47,129 nt of DNA from Candidatus Moraniibacteriota bacterium (GTDB lineage: Bacteria > Patescibacteriota > Minisyncoccia > Moranbacterales > UBA11712): the NCBI GenBank assembly GCA_026396255.1, contig JAPLXD010000011.1:1-47129 (forward strand), read 5' to 3'. The notes under the pieces were generated by a model, which ran no database searches, was not told the origin of the DNA, and was given only the letters and a program-made list of their open reading frames with translations. The translations under genes were made by a program, and so were the position numbers. Of the stretch, positions 34,189 through 43,667 are shown piece after piece (the first letter of the stretch is position 1; each line of letters starts with the position of its first letter).

Positions 34189-36543
34189 ATGAAAGAAATC
34201 TCCAAGCACTACAATCCTTCCGAAGTTGAGCCGAAGTGGCGGGAATTTTGGGAGAAAAATAATATTTATAAATTTGACCCCAAAGCCAAAGGGGGAATTT
34301 TTTCTGTGGACACACCGCCGCCGACAGTGAGCGGCAAAATGCACATAGGACACGCTTATTCATACACCCATGAAGATTTTATTGCCCGTTATCGCCGAAT
34401 GAGGGGCGAAAATGTATTTTTCCCTTTTGGAACCGATAATAATGGCCTTGCAACAGAAAGATTAATCGAGAAAACAAAAAATGTTCGGGCGAGCAAAATG
34501 GATCGGAACGATTTTATAAAATTGTGCAACCAAACCATCAAAGAAATCACTCCGGATTTCATTTCTGACTGGCAAAAAGCGGGAATGTCATGCGATTTTT
34601 CAAAGATATATTCGACGATTGATGACAATAGCCGCCGCATCAGTCAAAAAAACTTTATTGATTTATATAAAAAAAAATACACCTATCGCCAAGAAGCGCC
34701 GGTCATCTGGTGTTCCCATTGCCAAACAGCCATTGCTCAAGCTGAGCTGGAAGACAAAGAAATCGAAACTCTTTTCAATGACATTGTTTTCAAGCTCAAG
34801 GATAAAAAGGATCTGATTATCGCCACGACTCGTCCCGAACTCCTTTCCAGCTGTGTGGCTGTTTTTGTGCATCCGGATGACAAAAGATACAAAAAACTGG
34901 TTGGTCAAAAAGCGCAAGTGCCGATTTTCGGCAACAAAGTTGAGATTTTGGCGGATAAGAAAGTTGACCTGGAAAAGGGGAGTGGCGCGGTGATGTGCTG
35001 CACCTTTGGAGACAAAACAGACGTTGAGTGGTTCAAGGAATACAAGCTGCCACTTGTGATGTCGCTGGATAAATCCGGACGGATGATGGAGAAAGCGAAA
35101 AAATATGCGGGACTTTCCGCGAAAGTTGCCCGCCAAAACATTATTGAAGATTTGCAAAAGAAAAAGCTATTAGTCGGCCAGAAAAAAATCACTCACTCGG
35201 TCAATATCCATGAGAGATGTAAAAATGAGGTCGAAATTATGAATTCTCTGCAGTGGTATATCAGAATTCTCGACGAAAAGAAAGAATTTATCGACCTCGG
35301 AAAGAAAATCAAATGGCATCCGCCCTTTATGCGGGCGCGCTATGAGAATTGGATCAATAATCTCGGTTGGGACTGGGCGATTTCGCGCCAAAGATTTTTT
35401 GGCATTCCTTTTCCGGTTTGGTATTGCGGAAAGTGCGGAGAAATAAAAATAGCTGATATCGAAGATCTTCCTATTGATCCGCTTTCTGACAAACCCAAAG
35501 GCAAATGCGAAAAGTGTGGAAATTCGAAATTTATTCCAGAAAAAGATGTGATGGATACCTGGGCGACCAGCTCCATTTCTCCGCAACTAGCATTGCAATT
35601 ATTTTTTGACGAAAAAACGGCGCAAAAAATGATCCCAATGAATCTGCGCCCGCAAGCCCATGACATAATTTCCACTTGGCTTTTTTATACAGTTGTCCGC
35701 TCGCACTATCATTTTGACAAAATTCCGTGGAAAGAAGTGATGATTTCGGGGCACGTTCTTGATTCTCAAGGCAAAAAAATGTCCAAAAGTCTTGGCAATG
35801 TTGTTGCACCGCAGGAAATATTGGAGAAATACGGATCGGATGCACTGCGCTATTGGTCAGCCGGAAGCAGCTTGGGACAGGATATAAACTATTCCGAAGA
35901 TGAAATAAAAATTGGAAAAAAAACCACGACCAAGCTTTGGAACGTGGCGCGATTCATGGCGATGAACGTGAAGAAAGCGGAACTCTTGAAAGATAGCGAG
36001 ATGGTTGAACCGGCGGACGCCTGGATCATCGATGAGCTCAACAAAACGATCGCCAAAACAACCAAGGCCTTCGAAAACTATGCCTACGCCAAAGCCAAAG
36101 AAGAAATCGATGGATTTTTCTGGTCGAAGTTCGCGGACTATTATGTCGAATTTGTGAAATATCGTTTCTTCGGAGACGATGAAAAGTCAAAAAAAATTGG
36201 TGAAAAAACGATTGCAACCGTATTTTTCAATATTGTTAAGCTCTATGCTCCCATCATGCCCTTTGTGACGGAAGAAATTTTCCAGACCTGGTTCAAACAT
36301 CTTGAGAAGACAAAGAGCGTTCATATTTCCAAATGGCCGGAAGAAATCAAGCTCAAGAAAATGCCTGACATTTCAGATTTTGCGAGCGCGATCAAAGCCG
36401 TCGATGAGATCCGAAAGCACAAAACGAAGCAAAATATCTCTCTCGGCGCTGAGATCGATTCCATCAAGCTCAAAACCAAAACAAACTTGAAAAAATACGG
36501 GGAGTTTTTGAAAAAAGTGGGGAGAGTGAAAAAAATATCCTAA
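34189..36543 (+). CDS. valS: Valine--tRNA ligase (compact form lacking the C-terminal coiled coil)
   Basis: PPPTVSGKMHIGHAYSY (HIGH), TTRPELLSSCVAVFVHPDDKRY, WAISRQRFFGIPFPVWYC, KMSKSLGN. Confidence 0.88.
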   Translation: MKEISKHYNPSEVEPKWREFWEKNNIYKFDPKAKGGIFSVDTPPPTVSGKMHIGHAYSYTHEDFIARYRRMRGENVFFPFGTDNNGLATERLIEKTKNVRASKMDRNDFIKLCNQTIKEITPDFISDWQKAGMSCDFSKIYSTIDDNSRRISQKNFIDLYKKKYTYRQEAPVIWCSHCQTAIAQAELEDKEIETLFNDIVFKLKDKKDLIIATTRPELLSSCVAVFVHPDDKRYKKLVGQKAQVPIFGNKVEILADKKVDLEKGSGAVMCCTFGDKTDVEWFKEYKLPLVMSLDKSGRMMEKAKKYAGLSAKVARQNIIEDLQKKKLLVGQKKITHSVNIHERCKNEVEIMNSLQWYIRILDEKKEFIDLGKKIKWHPPFMRARYENWINNLGWDWAISRQRFFGIPFPVWYCGKCGEIKIADIEDLPIDPLSDKPKGKCEKCGNSKFIPEKDVMDTWATSSISPQLALQLFFDEKTAQKMIPMNLRPQAHDIISTWLFYTVVRSHYHFDKIPWKEVMISGHVLDSQGKKMSKSLGNVVAPQEILEKYGSDALRYWSAGSSLGQDINYSEDEIKIGKKTTTKLWNVARFMAMNVKKAELLKDSEMVEPADAWIIDELNKTIAKTTKAFENYAYAKAKEEIDGFFWSKFADYYVEFVKYRFFGDDEKSKKIGEKTIATVFFNIVKLYAPIMPFVTEEIFQTWFKHLEKTKSVHISKWPEEIKLKKMPDISDFASAIKAVDEIRKHKTKQNISLGAEIDSIKLKTKTNLKKYGEFLKKVGRVKKIS

Positions 36544-36546
36544 TTT

Positions 36547-37386
36547 ATGAAACCCAAAATCACCCTCGGCAAGCATTCCGGTTTTTGTTTCGGCGTGAAA
36601 CGCGCCTATGATTTGACGTGCGTGAACTCCAAAGACTGCGACGATGTCTATATTCTCGGCAAACTTGTTCACAACAATGATGTTTGCGAGGATTTGTACA
36701 AGCGCGGCATCAAAGAAATAAAAGCTTTGTCCGACATCAAAGAAGGGACAGTCATTTTCACGGCTCACGGCGTCGGGCCGGGCTTCTATGAAAAAGCGAG
36801 CGCCAAGGGTCTCAAAATCATCGACACGACTTGCCCGAAAGTGATGAAAGCGCAGAGGATCGCTAAAAATTTCGCCGGAAAAAAATATCAGGTCATCGTT
36901 TTCGGAGACAAAGATCACAAGGAAGTGAAAAGTATTTTTGAATGGTCCGGCAAAAAGGCCAAGATAGTTGGGAGCCCGACTGAAGCGAAAAGGCTGAAAC
37001 TCGACAAGGCTAAAAAATATTGTTTGGTCGCCCAAACTACCCAAAATGTCGAAGAATTCAAAAAAATAATCGCATTTTTAAGGTCGAACCTCAAAAATTT
37101 TGTTTTCTTCAACACCATTTGCGAATCAACGGATGACCGGCAAAAGGAAATCAGAAATCTTGCCAAGACAAATGACGTGGTTGTTGTCATTGGCGGGAAA
37201 GACAGCGCCAATTCAAAGATGCTGCACAAGATTTCAAAATCAATCAACAAAAAATCATATTTTGTGGAAAATTCCAAACAATTGAAGAAAAACTGGTTTA
37301 GTGATATAAAAAAGATAGCTGTTTCCGCCGGAGCTTCGACTCCCGAATGGATAATCGAAGAAGTTATCAATAAAATTCAGAAATAA
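36547..37386 (+). CDS. ispH: 4-hydroxy-3-methylbut-2-enyl diphosphate reductase
   Basis: GFCFGVKRA, LVHNNDV, TCPKV, and ANSKML with the third Cys region (NTICEST). Confidence 0.85.
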   Translation: MKPKITLGKHSGFCFGVKRAYDLTCVNSKDCDDVYILGKLVHNNDVCEDLYKRGIKEIKALSDIKEGTVIFTAHGVGPGFYEKASAKGLKIIDTTCPKVMKAQRIAKNFAGKKYQVIVFGDKDHKEVKSIFEWSGKKAKIVGSPTEAKRLKLDKAKKYCLVAQTTQNVEEFKKIIAFLRSNLKNFVFFNTICESTDDRQKEIRNLAKTNDVVVVIGGKDSANSKMLHKISKSINKKSYFVENSKQLKKNWFSDIKKIAVSAGASTPEWIIEEVINKIQK

Positions 37387-38615
37387 TGCGTCAATCCCAA
37401 CTTTTCACCAAAACCCAAAAAAACGCTCCGGCTGGCGAGATGAGTCTCAATGCCCGGCTTTTGATCCGGGGCGGTTTTGTCGACAAATTGATGGCGGGCG
37501 CTTATACGATCCTGCCGCTCGGCCTTCGCGTGATGAAAAAAATTGAAAACATCATCCGCGAAGAAATGAATGCGATCGGCGGACAGGAAATTTTCATGCC
37601 CTCTCTCCAGCCCAAAGAAAATTGGGAAACCACGGGTCGTTGGAAGACGATGGACGATCTGTATAAAGTGAAAGACGCGAGCGATCGGGAATTCGCGCTT
37701 GGGCCGACCCACGAAGAAATCGTTTCGCCGCTTGCAAAAAAGTTTTTGAATTCATACAAAGACCTGCCCTTTGCCGCCTATCAATTTCAAAACAAATTCC
37801 GGATGGAACTGCGCGCCAAGTCCGGCATTTTGCGCGGCCGTGAATTTCTGATGAAAGATTTGTATTCTTTTCACATCAGCCAGGAAAATCTGGATGAATA
37901 TTATGAAAAAGCCAAAATTGCCTACAAAAATATTTTCGACCGCGCCGGCATCGGGGAAAAAACATATCTGACTTTCGCGTCCGGAGGATCTTTCTCAAAA
38001 TATTCTCACGAATTCCAAACCGAAACCGAAGCGGGAGAAGATATCATTTTCGTCTGCGCCAGCTGCAATATGGCCATCAACAGAGAGATTAAAGATGAAA
38101 TCGCTCATTGTCCCGAATGTCAAAATCATGCTTTTCACGAAAAGAAGGCGGTAGAAGTGGGAAATATTTTCAAGCTGGGGACAAAATATAGCGCGCCGTT
38201 TGATCTCACTGTCATGAACGAAAAAGGCGAAAAAGTCCCGGTCATCATGGGCTGCTATGGAATCGGCCTTCAGCGATTGATGGGAACAATCGTCGAACTC
38301 TCGAGCGACGAAAACGGCATCATCTGGCCGGAATCCGTCGCGCCGTTCCAAGTGCACCTGATCAGTCTTGGAAAAAACGAAGGAGCGGAGAAGATACACA
38401 AAGATTTGCAAAAAAATAATATCGAAGTTTTATTCGACGACCGCGATGACACCAGCGCCGGAGCCAAATTCGCCGACGCGGATCTCATCGGAATCCCGTG
38501 GCGCGTGGTGGTCAGCGAAAAATCCCTTGCGAGCGGGGGAGTGGAAGTGAAAAAAAGAAATGAGAAAGAAAGCGAAATCGTGGAAATTGAAAAACTAATA
38601 GAAAAAATAAAATAG
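37386..38615 (+). CDS. proS: Proline--tRNA ligase (short form without the INS editing domain)
   Basis: LLIRGGFVDKLMAGAYTILPLGLRVMKKIENIIREEM, FQNKFRMELRAKSGILRGREFLMKDLYSFH (motif 2), GCYGIG (motif 3). Zn-ribbon-like insert CASC...CPEC. Confidence 0.88.
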   Translation: MRQSQLFTKTQKNAPAGEMSLNARLLIRGGFVDKLMAGAYTILPLGLRVMKKIENIIREEMNAIGGQEIFMPSLQPKENWETTGRWKTMDDLYKVKDASDREFALGPTHEEIVSPLAKKFLNSYKDLPFAAYQFQNKFRMELRAKSGILRGREFLMKDLYSFHISQENLDEYYEKAKIAYKNIFDRAGIGEKTYLTFASGGSFSKYSHEFQTETEAGEDIIFVCASCNMAINREIKDEIAHCPECQNHAFHEKKAVEVGNIFKLGTKYSAPFDLTVMNEKGEKVPVIMGCYGIGLQRLMGTIVELSSDENGIIWPESVAPFQVHLISLGKNEGAEKIHKDLQKNNIEVLFDDRDDTSAGAKFADADLIGIPWRVVVSEKSLASGGVEVKKRNEKESEIVEIEKLIEKIK

Positions 38616-38622
38616 AACTTGA

Positions 38623-39237
38623 ATGGATCCTCAAGAAACATCAACAGAAAACCAAAATATCACGCTCGACAAAAAATCCAAGATATTGTTTATCATTATT
38701 GGGCTTTTGATTGTTGGTTCGGTTGCGGTGACTTTTTGGCGCTATATGATCAAGCGCGACTATATCGTCCAAGCCCAGACCGATTGCGATCCAACGACGG
38801 AAAATTGTTTTGTCTGGAAATGTGATCCCAATTCAACCGTGGAAGGCGAAAAATGCACCGGAGACGCGGAAAAAGATATCTGGTATTATAAAATAATCCA
38901 TCGCAACGCCAAAAACATTCCCCTTTGCGACCCGAATGACGAAAATTGCACGGCTCTTGTCTGCGACCCAGGCGAAAAAGATTGTTCAGAAGCATCGTGC
39001 ACACCCGAAAACGTGAAAGCGCCCGACACTTGCAATGACCCCGCGCAATACAACATCGACAACCCACCGGAAGAAGACACCGGGGACACCACCGAATGCG
39101 CGCCTGACGACCAGGAATGCCTCGACGCGCAGAATACTGACCAGACGACTTGCGCCCCTGATGATCAAGCGTGCTTGGATGTCCAAAACCAAGACTCAAC
39201 CACAAGTCCCGACGGTTCAGACGCGACAACGCCATAG
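38623..39237 (+). CDS. Membrane-anchored Cys- and Asp-rich extracytoplasmic protein
   Basis: TM ILFIIIGLLIVGSVAVTFW. 16 Cys residues. Tandem CAPDDQ(E/A)CLD(A/V)QN repeat near the C-terminus. Confidence 0.6.
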   Translation: MDPQETSTENQNITLDKKSKILFIIIGLLIVGSVAVTFWRYMIKRDYIVQAQTDCDPTTENCFVWKCDPNSTVEGEKCTGDAEKDIWYYKIIHRNAKNIPLCDPNDENCTALVCDPGEKDCSEASCTPENVKAPDTCNDPAQYNIDNPPEEDTGDTTECAPDDQECLDAQNTDQTTCAPDDQACLDVQNQDSTTSPDGSDATTP

Positions 39238-39278
39238 TGGATGAGCAGGAGTCTTATTATATCTTATAAACAAAAAAG

Positions 39279-39298
39279 GCTCTTCAGAAAGAGCTTTT
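39279..39298 (+). terminator. Intrinsic terminator
   Basis: gctctt-caga-aagagc followed by tttt. Confidence 0.6.
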
Positions 39299-39310
39299 AT
39301 TCTCAATAGT

Positions 39311-39835
39311 ATGATAAAGCCGATCAAATCCAAAAAATTCACATTGCGGCCTTTTCGAATAAGCGATGTGGGATCAATTAGAAAACATGCTAATGACAAA
39401 ACTGTAAGCCGCAATTTATCCAGTCTTCCACATCCTTATACCGAAAAAGATGCCAGATTTTGGATTGGAAAACAAATCGAACTGCAACGTCAAAAAAATC
39501 CTGAAAATATTGTCTTCGCAATTGAAATAGGAAATCAGGTTGCTGGCACGATCGGTTTGCATAAAATAAAATGTGGTCACAAAGCGGAGCTCGGTTTTTG
39601 GCTGGGAAGAGAATTTTGGGGCGGAGGGATAATGACCGACGCAGTCAAAGATGTGGTAAATTTCGGTTTCAAAAATTTGAAGCTTCGCCGAATATATGCT
39701 GGCGTGTTTCTTTCAAACAAAGGATCAGCTCGCGTCCTCGAAAAAAACGGCTTCAAGCTCGAAGGAATTTCCAAAAAAGAAGTAAAAAAAGACAATAAAT
39801 TCATTGACGCATATATTTTTGCGAAAGTGCGATAA
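39311..39835 (+). CDS. GNAT-family N-acetyltransferase (RimJ/RimL-like)
   Basis: FTLRPFRISDVGSIRKHAND, ELGFWLGREFWGGGIMTDAV, LRRIYAGVFLSNKGSARVLEKNGFKLEG. Confidence 0.8.
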   Translation: MIKPIKSKKFTLRPFRISDVGSIRKHANDKTVSRNLSSLPHPYTEKDARFWIGKQIELQRQKNPENIVFAIEIGNQVAGTIGLHKIKCGHKAELGFWLGREFWGGGIMTDAVKDVVNFGFKNLKLRRIYAGVFLSNKGSARVLEKNGFKLEGISKKEVKKDNKFIDAYIFAKVR

Positions 39836-39890
39836 ATATTAATTCTTTTACTCATTTCATGCTACAATAACAATAGATAGTACTAAACCC

Positions 39891-40301
39891 ATGACCAACT
39901 CAACTTATCATTTCGGCGTGCATCTCACAATTGACGGATATGGCGGAAATCCGGAAAAGCTCAACGACAAAGAGCTGGTGCTGAAATGCCTCACTGAATT
40001 GCCGGAAAAAATCGAGACGAAAATCATCGGCGGGCCGGAAGTATATTTTGCCCAAGAGGGGAAATCGAAAGACCCGGGCGGTTGGAGCGGTTTCGTGGTG
40101 ATCGCCGAAAGCCACATCAGCATCCACACTTTTCCCAAAAGATGTTTTGTCAGCGCGGATGTTTATACTTGCAACGCTGAAGGTCTCGATCAGGCGTTGG
40201 TGACCGACTATTTCAAAAATGCTTTTGATCTGGCGGATGTGGAAGTGAATGTGATAAAGAGGGGGACGCGCTACCCGTCGTGCAACATAGATGGAGCATA
40301 G
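39891..40301 (+). CDS. speH: S-adenosylmethionine decarboxylase proenzyme (pyruvoyl, class 1)
   Basis: VIAESHISIHTFP contains the Glu-Ser self-cleavage site. The 136-aa size is typical of the small bacterial/archaeal form. Confidence 0.8.
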   Translation: MTNSTYHFGVHLTIDGYGGNPEKLNDKELVLKCLTELPEKIETKIIGGPEVYFAQEGKSKDPGGWSGFVVIAESHISIHTFPKRCFVSADVYTCNAEGLDQALVTDYFKNAFDLADVEVNVIKRGTRYPSCNIDGA

Positions 40302-40346
40302 AGGCTCCTGGTTTGAAAATTCTCCAAGCTGCCTCTCTAATCAAAA

Positions 40347-40369
40347 AGGCTTATATAAGGCCTTTTTTT
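40347..40369 (+). terminator. Intrinsic terminator
   Basis: aggctt-atata-aaggcct followed by a T7 run. Confidence 0.65.
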
Positions 40370-40453
40370 GTTGTGTGAAACAGAACGTTAGGCAAATACA
40401 GGGGAATTTTTGCCGAGTCCCTTGAAAATTTGATCAAAAATGGAGGTGTCGCG

Positions 40454-41236
40454 ATGAGCGACTGGCTGAAAAATATTGTCGCGAATTTCGCGACGCTTGG
40501 AAGTTTTCTTCACAAGCAGCAAAAGAGGATAGCCACAATTTTTGTGGGTCATGGGCTATATTCCATCCTCGGTTGGTTTTATAACAACCCGCTGTATGTT
40601 TTAGCGATTGCGTATTTTGGTCTTCTCTGGGGTGGCATATCCATGACCTTTGGATCCATGGTCATCTGTTTTCTTTTCCTGCGTCATTACCAGAAAAAGA
40701 AGATTGAATGGCTGGGTTACGACGCCCTAGACGACCTCAAGGCGCAGGGCATAGAGTATGCCAAAAAGCTGAAGGGGTGGAGTTTCAGAAAAATGCTGGC
40801 TAGTATTCCAGCGGTTCTATTTATTCATTTTCCTCTAGCTGCCATTGTGCCGATACTCTGGCTGATCGATAAGATCGTCTGGTTATGGCTCGATACAGAT
40901 GCAATAGCTAGAAGCCGGGCTCGGTGCATCAATAAACTTAAAGAGGCAAAAGAGGTGCTGTGCGCGGTAATCTTTTTCATTCCCGCGAACTTGTTTCGCC
41001 TTCTCATGTGGCTTTTGAGAGTTGGCGGGGATGTTATTGCTTTTTTTGCCCTTTGTATCTGGGAAGATCCATTCATCACCACGGCCTATTTGAGGCACGG
41101 GAGATGCGATGGTCTGACCAAGAAAGATTTGTTCATCTTTTTCGCCAGTGTTCTTGTGAGCAACGGCTACTGGATCGCAAGAACATACGCCGTGATTGAG
41201 GTGGCAAAAATAGCCATCAGGTCACTGTTTTACTAA
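40454..41236 (+). CDS. Polytopic membrane protein, unknown function
   Basis: SD ggaggtg lies 6 nt upstream of ATG 40454. At least 5 hydrophobic helices. A strong terminator follows. Confidence 0.55.
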   Translation: MSDWLKNIVANFATLGSFLHKQQKRIATIFVGHGLYSILGWFYNNPLYVLAIAYFGLLWGGISMTFGSMVICFLFLRHYQKKKIEWLGYDALDDLKAQGIEYAKKLKGWSFRKMLASIPAVLFIHFPLAAIVPILWLIDKIVWLWLDTDAIARSRARCINKLKEAKEVLCAVIFFIPANLFRLLMWLLRVGGDVIAFFALCIWEDPFITTAYLRHGRCDGLTKKDLFIFFASVLVSNGYWIARTYAVIEVAKIAIRSLFY

Positions 41237-41271
41237 AGGCGAAGTTGTGTCATGCACAGCTTCGCCTTTTT
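41236..41271 (+). terminator. Intrinsic terminator
   Basis: 14-bp stem aaggcgaagttgtg / cacagcttcgcctt with loop tcatg, followed by a T-run. Confidence 0.8.
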
Positions 41272-41400
41272 CAATATTTGAAAATTATTGTCGTCGCAAT
41301 TTTTTAGTCCTTTAATCCACGCTTCCTTCCCAAATATACATTTTTTGTATACAATAGAATCAGTGCTTCCTCAAGAAACATTTTATTATTATTTTCGTAT

Positions 41401-41934
41401 ATGCAAAAATTATCCTTGCTGATTCGAACAGATACTTTCATTCTGCGCAAGCTTCAAATGAGCGATGCCGAATCACTTGCAAAACATGCAAACGAGAAAC
41501 TGATTGCAAAGAATTTATCTCTTCTGCCATATCCTTATACCCTAGAATTTGCCAAAAAATGGTTAAGCAAGAGCTGTAAAGATTATCTTAAAAAGTTTCC
41601 CAATAGCTTTTCATATGCAATTGAAATAGATGGCGAAGCAGTTGGATATGTGAGTTTTAATTTTATTGTTCATGGCCACGAAGCGGAAATTGTCTATTGG
41701 ATTGGAAAAAAATACTGGGGTCGGGGTTTGATGACAAAAATTATCGAAACTGCAACCCATTTTGCTATGAAAAAATTCCATTTAAAGCGAATATACGCGT
41801 ACACATTTCCCCTCAATAAAGCATCAAAACGAGTGCTTGAAAAGAATAAGTTTAGATTTGAGGGTATTGCGCGTAAGGGAGTTAGAAAAGGAAAAATCTG
41901 CCTCGATGCGGATGTTTACAGTAAAGTTATTTAA
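41401..41934 (+). CDS. GNAT-family N-acetyltransferase, paralog of 39311-39835
   Basis: Collinear with the first GNAT: FILRKLQMSDAESLAKHANE, EIVYWIGKKYWGRGLMTKII, LKRIYAYTFPLNKASKRVLEKNKFRFEG. Confidence 0.8.
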   Translation: MQKLSLLIRTDTFILRKLQMSDAESLAKHANEKLIAKNLSLLPYPYTLEFAKKWLSKSCKDYLKKFPNSFSYAIEIDGEAVGYVSFNFIVHGHEAEIVYWIGKKYWGRGLMTKIIETATHFAMKKFHLKRIYAYTFPLNKASKRVLEKNKFRFEGIARKGVRKGKICLDADVYSKVI

Positions 41935-42002
41935 TAGTAATTCTAATGGCATAAACATTGAATACGGCAACCTGATGTGGACTAAATACTTGTTTAAAAA
42001 AT

Positions 42003-43574
42003 ATGTTTAACTTGATTTATAATCTTGAAAGTTGCCACAGTAATATACCACACATAATATATTACTCGCATGTACCCGTTATCATAGCCTCCCTCGCTCT
42101 CGGTATTTTTGTTTATTGGAGGGACAAAAAATCATTGTTAAATGTGTTGCTGTTTGTGTTGACCATTGATTTTTCTTTGTGGTCTCTTTTTGATTTAATA
42201 ACTTGGATAAGCTATGATAGCCGGATTATTTTGTTTTTTTGGTCATTGATAATCCCTTTGGGAATTTTTGTCTATGTTTTTGGGCTTTATCTTACTTATG
42301 TCTTTATAAACAAAAAAGACATCAATTTTTATTTGAAGCTACTTTTTTCCATTTTTCTACTGCCCGTATTTTTTTTATTGCCATCCAGGTTCAATCTTTC
42401 TGGTTTTGACGCGGCATCCTGCAACGGGTTGCAAGGGTTTATTGCAAAGCAATTTGCATACGGCGCTGAATTCGTCATTATCTTGATACTCATTATTTTT
42501 TCATCCTATAAAATCTACAGAAATAAAGAGCAATTTGAAAAAAAGAAATACACCTATTTTTCTCTAGGCCTTATTATTTTCTTAGTCGTGTTTTTCGTGA
42601 GCAATCTTATCGCCAGTATATATGATACAAATAATTTTCTTTGGTCTGTTTCTCAAGTTGGATTGTTCAGTGTCGCCATCTTTCTTTTCTTTCTTTCCTA
42701 TCTCATCGTCCGCTACAAAGCCTTTAATATCAAGCTCATTGGTACCCAAGCGCTTGTTGCCGCGTTGATCATTGGAATTGGTTCGCAATTCTTTTTTATC
42801 CAAAATACGACCAATATTATTTTGAATGGAGTTACTTTGGCATTGGTGCTCGGTTTCGGATATGTGCTTGTGAAATCGGTGAAGCTTGAGGTGAAGCGCA
42901 AAGAAGAATTGCAGTCGCTTTCTGATCAGCTCTCTGATGCGAACGCGAAGCTTCGCCAGCTTGACAAAGCCAAGTCGGAATTCATTTCCATCGCGTCGCA
43001 TCAGCTGCGCACGCCCCTCACTTCAATCAAGGGCTTTGGGTCCTTGCTTCTTGAGGGGACATACAGCGAAGTGCCCGAGGCGCAGAGGGGAGCACTGGAG
43101 AAAATATATATTTCCAACGAACGGCTCATCCAGTTGGTTGAGGATTTGCTCAATATCTCGCGCATTGAAGCGGGGAGGATGGAATTTGATTTCCAGGAAG
43201 CGCAAATCGACATCACCAAGGTCAAAGAAGTGATCTCCAATATGGTGGACAACTCGATCAAATATACCCAAAAAGGCGGAATCACGGTGAAATTGGAAAG
43301 CAATACCGATTGGGACACGGAGCACAAAGAGCATCAAAGCACTGTCCGCGTCATCGTTTCCGACACGGGAATCGGCATGGACGCGGAAGAAATTGGTATG
43401 ATTTTTGAGAAATTCCAGCGCGGGAAGCAAGTTTCGCACTATCACACCGATGGCACGGGTCTTGGAATGTATATCGGCAAGAAAATTGTCGCCGAGCATA
43501 AAGGAAAGATCTGGGCCGAATCAGAAGGGAAAGGCATGGGAAGCCGGTTCATTTTGGAATTGCCGGTGGGGTGA
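42003..43574 (+). CDS. Sensor histidine kinase with a ~290-aa polytopic membrane N-terminal domain
   Basis: Multiple TM helices and a coiled coil. H-box FISIASHQLRTPLTSI, N-box MVDNSIKYT, G1 VSDTGIGM, F IFEKF, G2 GTGLGMYIGKKIV. Confidence 0.85.
   Translation: MFNLIYNLESCHSNIPHIIYYSHVPVIIASLALGIFVYWRDKKSLLNVLLFVLTIDFSLWSLFDLITWISYDSRIILFFWSLIIPLGIFVYVFGLYLTYVFINKKDINFYLKLLFSIFLLPVFFLLPSRFNLSGFDAASCNGLQGFIAKQFAYGAEFVIILILIIFSSYKIYRNKEQFEKKKYTYFSLGLIIFLVVFFVSNLIASIYDTNNFLWSVSQVGLFSVAIFLFFLSYLIVRYKAFNIKLIGTQALVAALIIGIGSQFFFIQNTTNIILNGVTLALVLGFGYVLVKSVKLEVKRKEELQSLSDQLSDANAKLRQLDKAKSEFISIASHQLRTPLTSIKGFGSLLLEGTYSEVPEAQRGALEKIYISNERLIQLVEDLLNISRIEAGRMEFDFQEAQIDITKVKEVISNMVDNSIKYTQKGGITVKLESNTDWDTEHKEHQSTVRVIVSDTGIGMDAEEIGMIFEKFQRGKQVSHYHTDGTGLGMYIGKKIVAEHKGKIWAESEGKGMGSRFILELPVG
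43398..43574 (+). repeat. Direct repeat copy 1 (functional 3' end of the histidine kinase gene)
   Basis: 177 nt, collinear with 44577-44773 apart from a 20-nt insertion in the latter. About 86% identity by hand alignment. Confidence 0.9.
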
Positions 43575-43606
43575 TATTTTTCAACAGATGCGAAATCAAT
43601 GACCAA

Positions 43607-43634
43607 TTGACCGTTTTTACTAATATGGTATACT
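43607..43634 (+). promoter_or_regulatory. Sigma-70-type promoter of the Fic gene
   Basis: TTGACC-16 nt-TATACT in the 93-nt spacer after the kinase stop. Confidence 0.5.
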
Positions 43635-43667
43635 GCATATAATAGGCTAAACCATATTAAGAAACAC

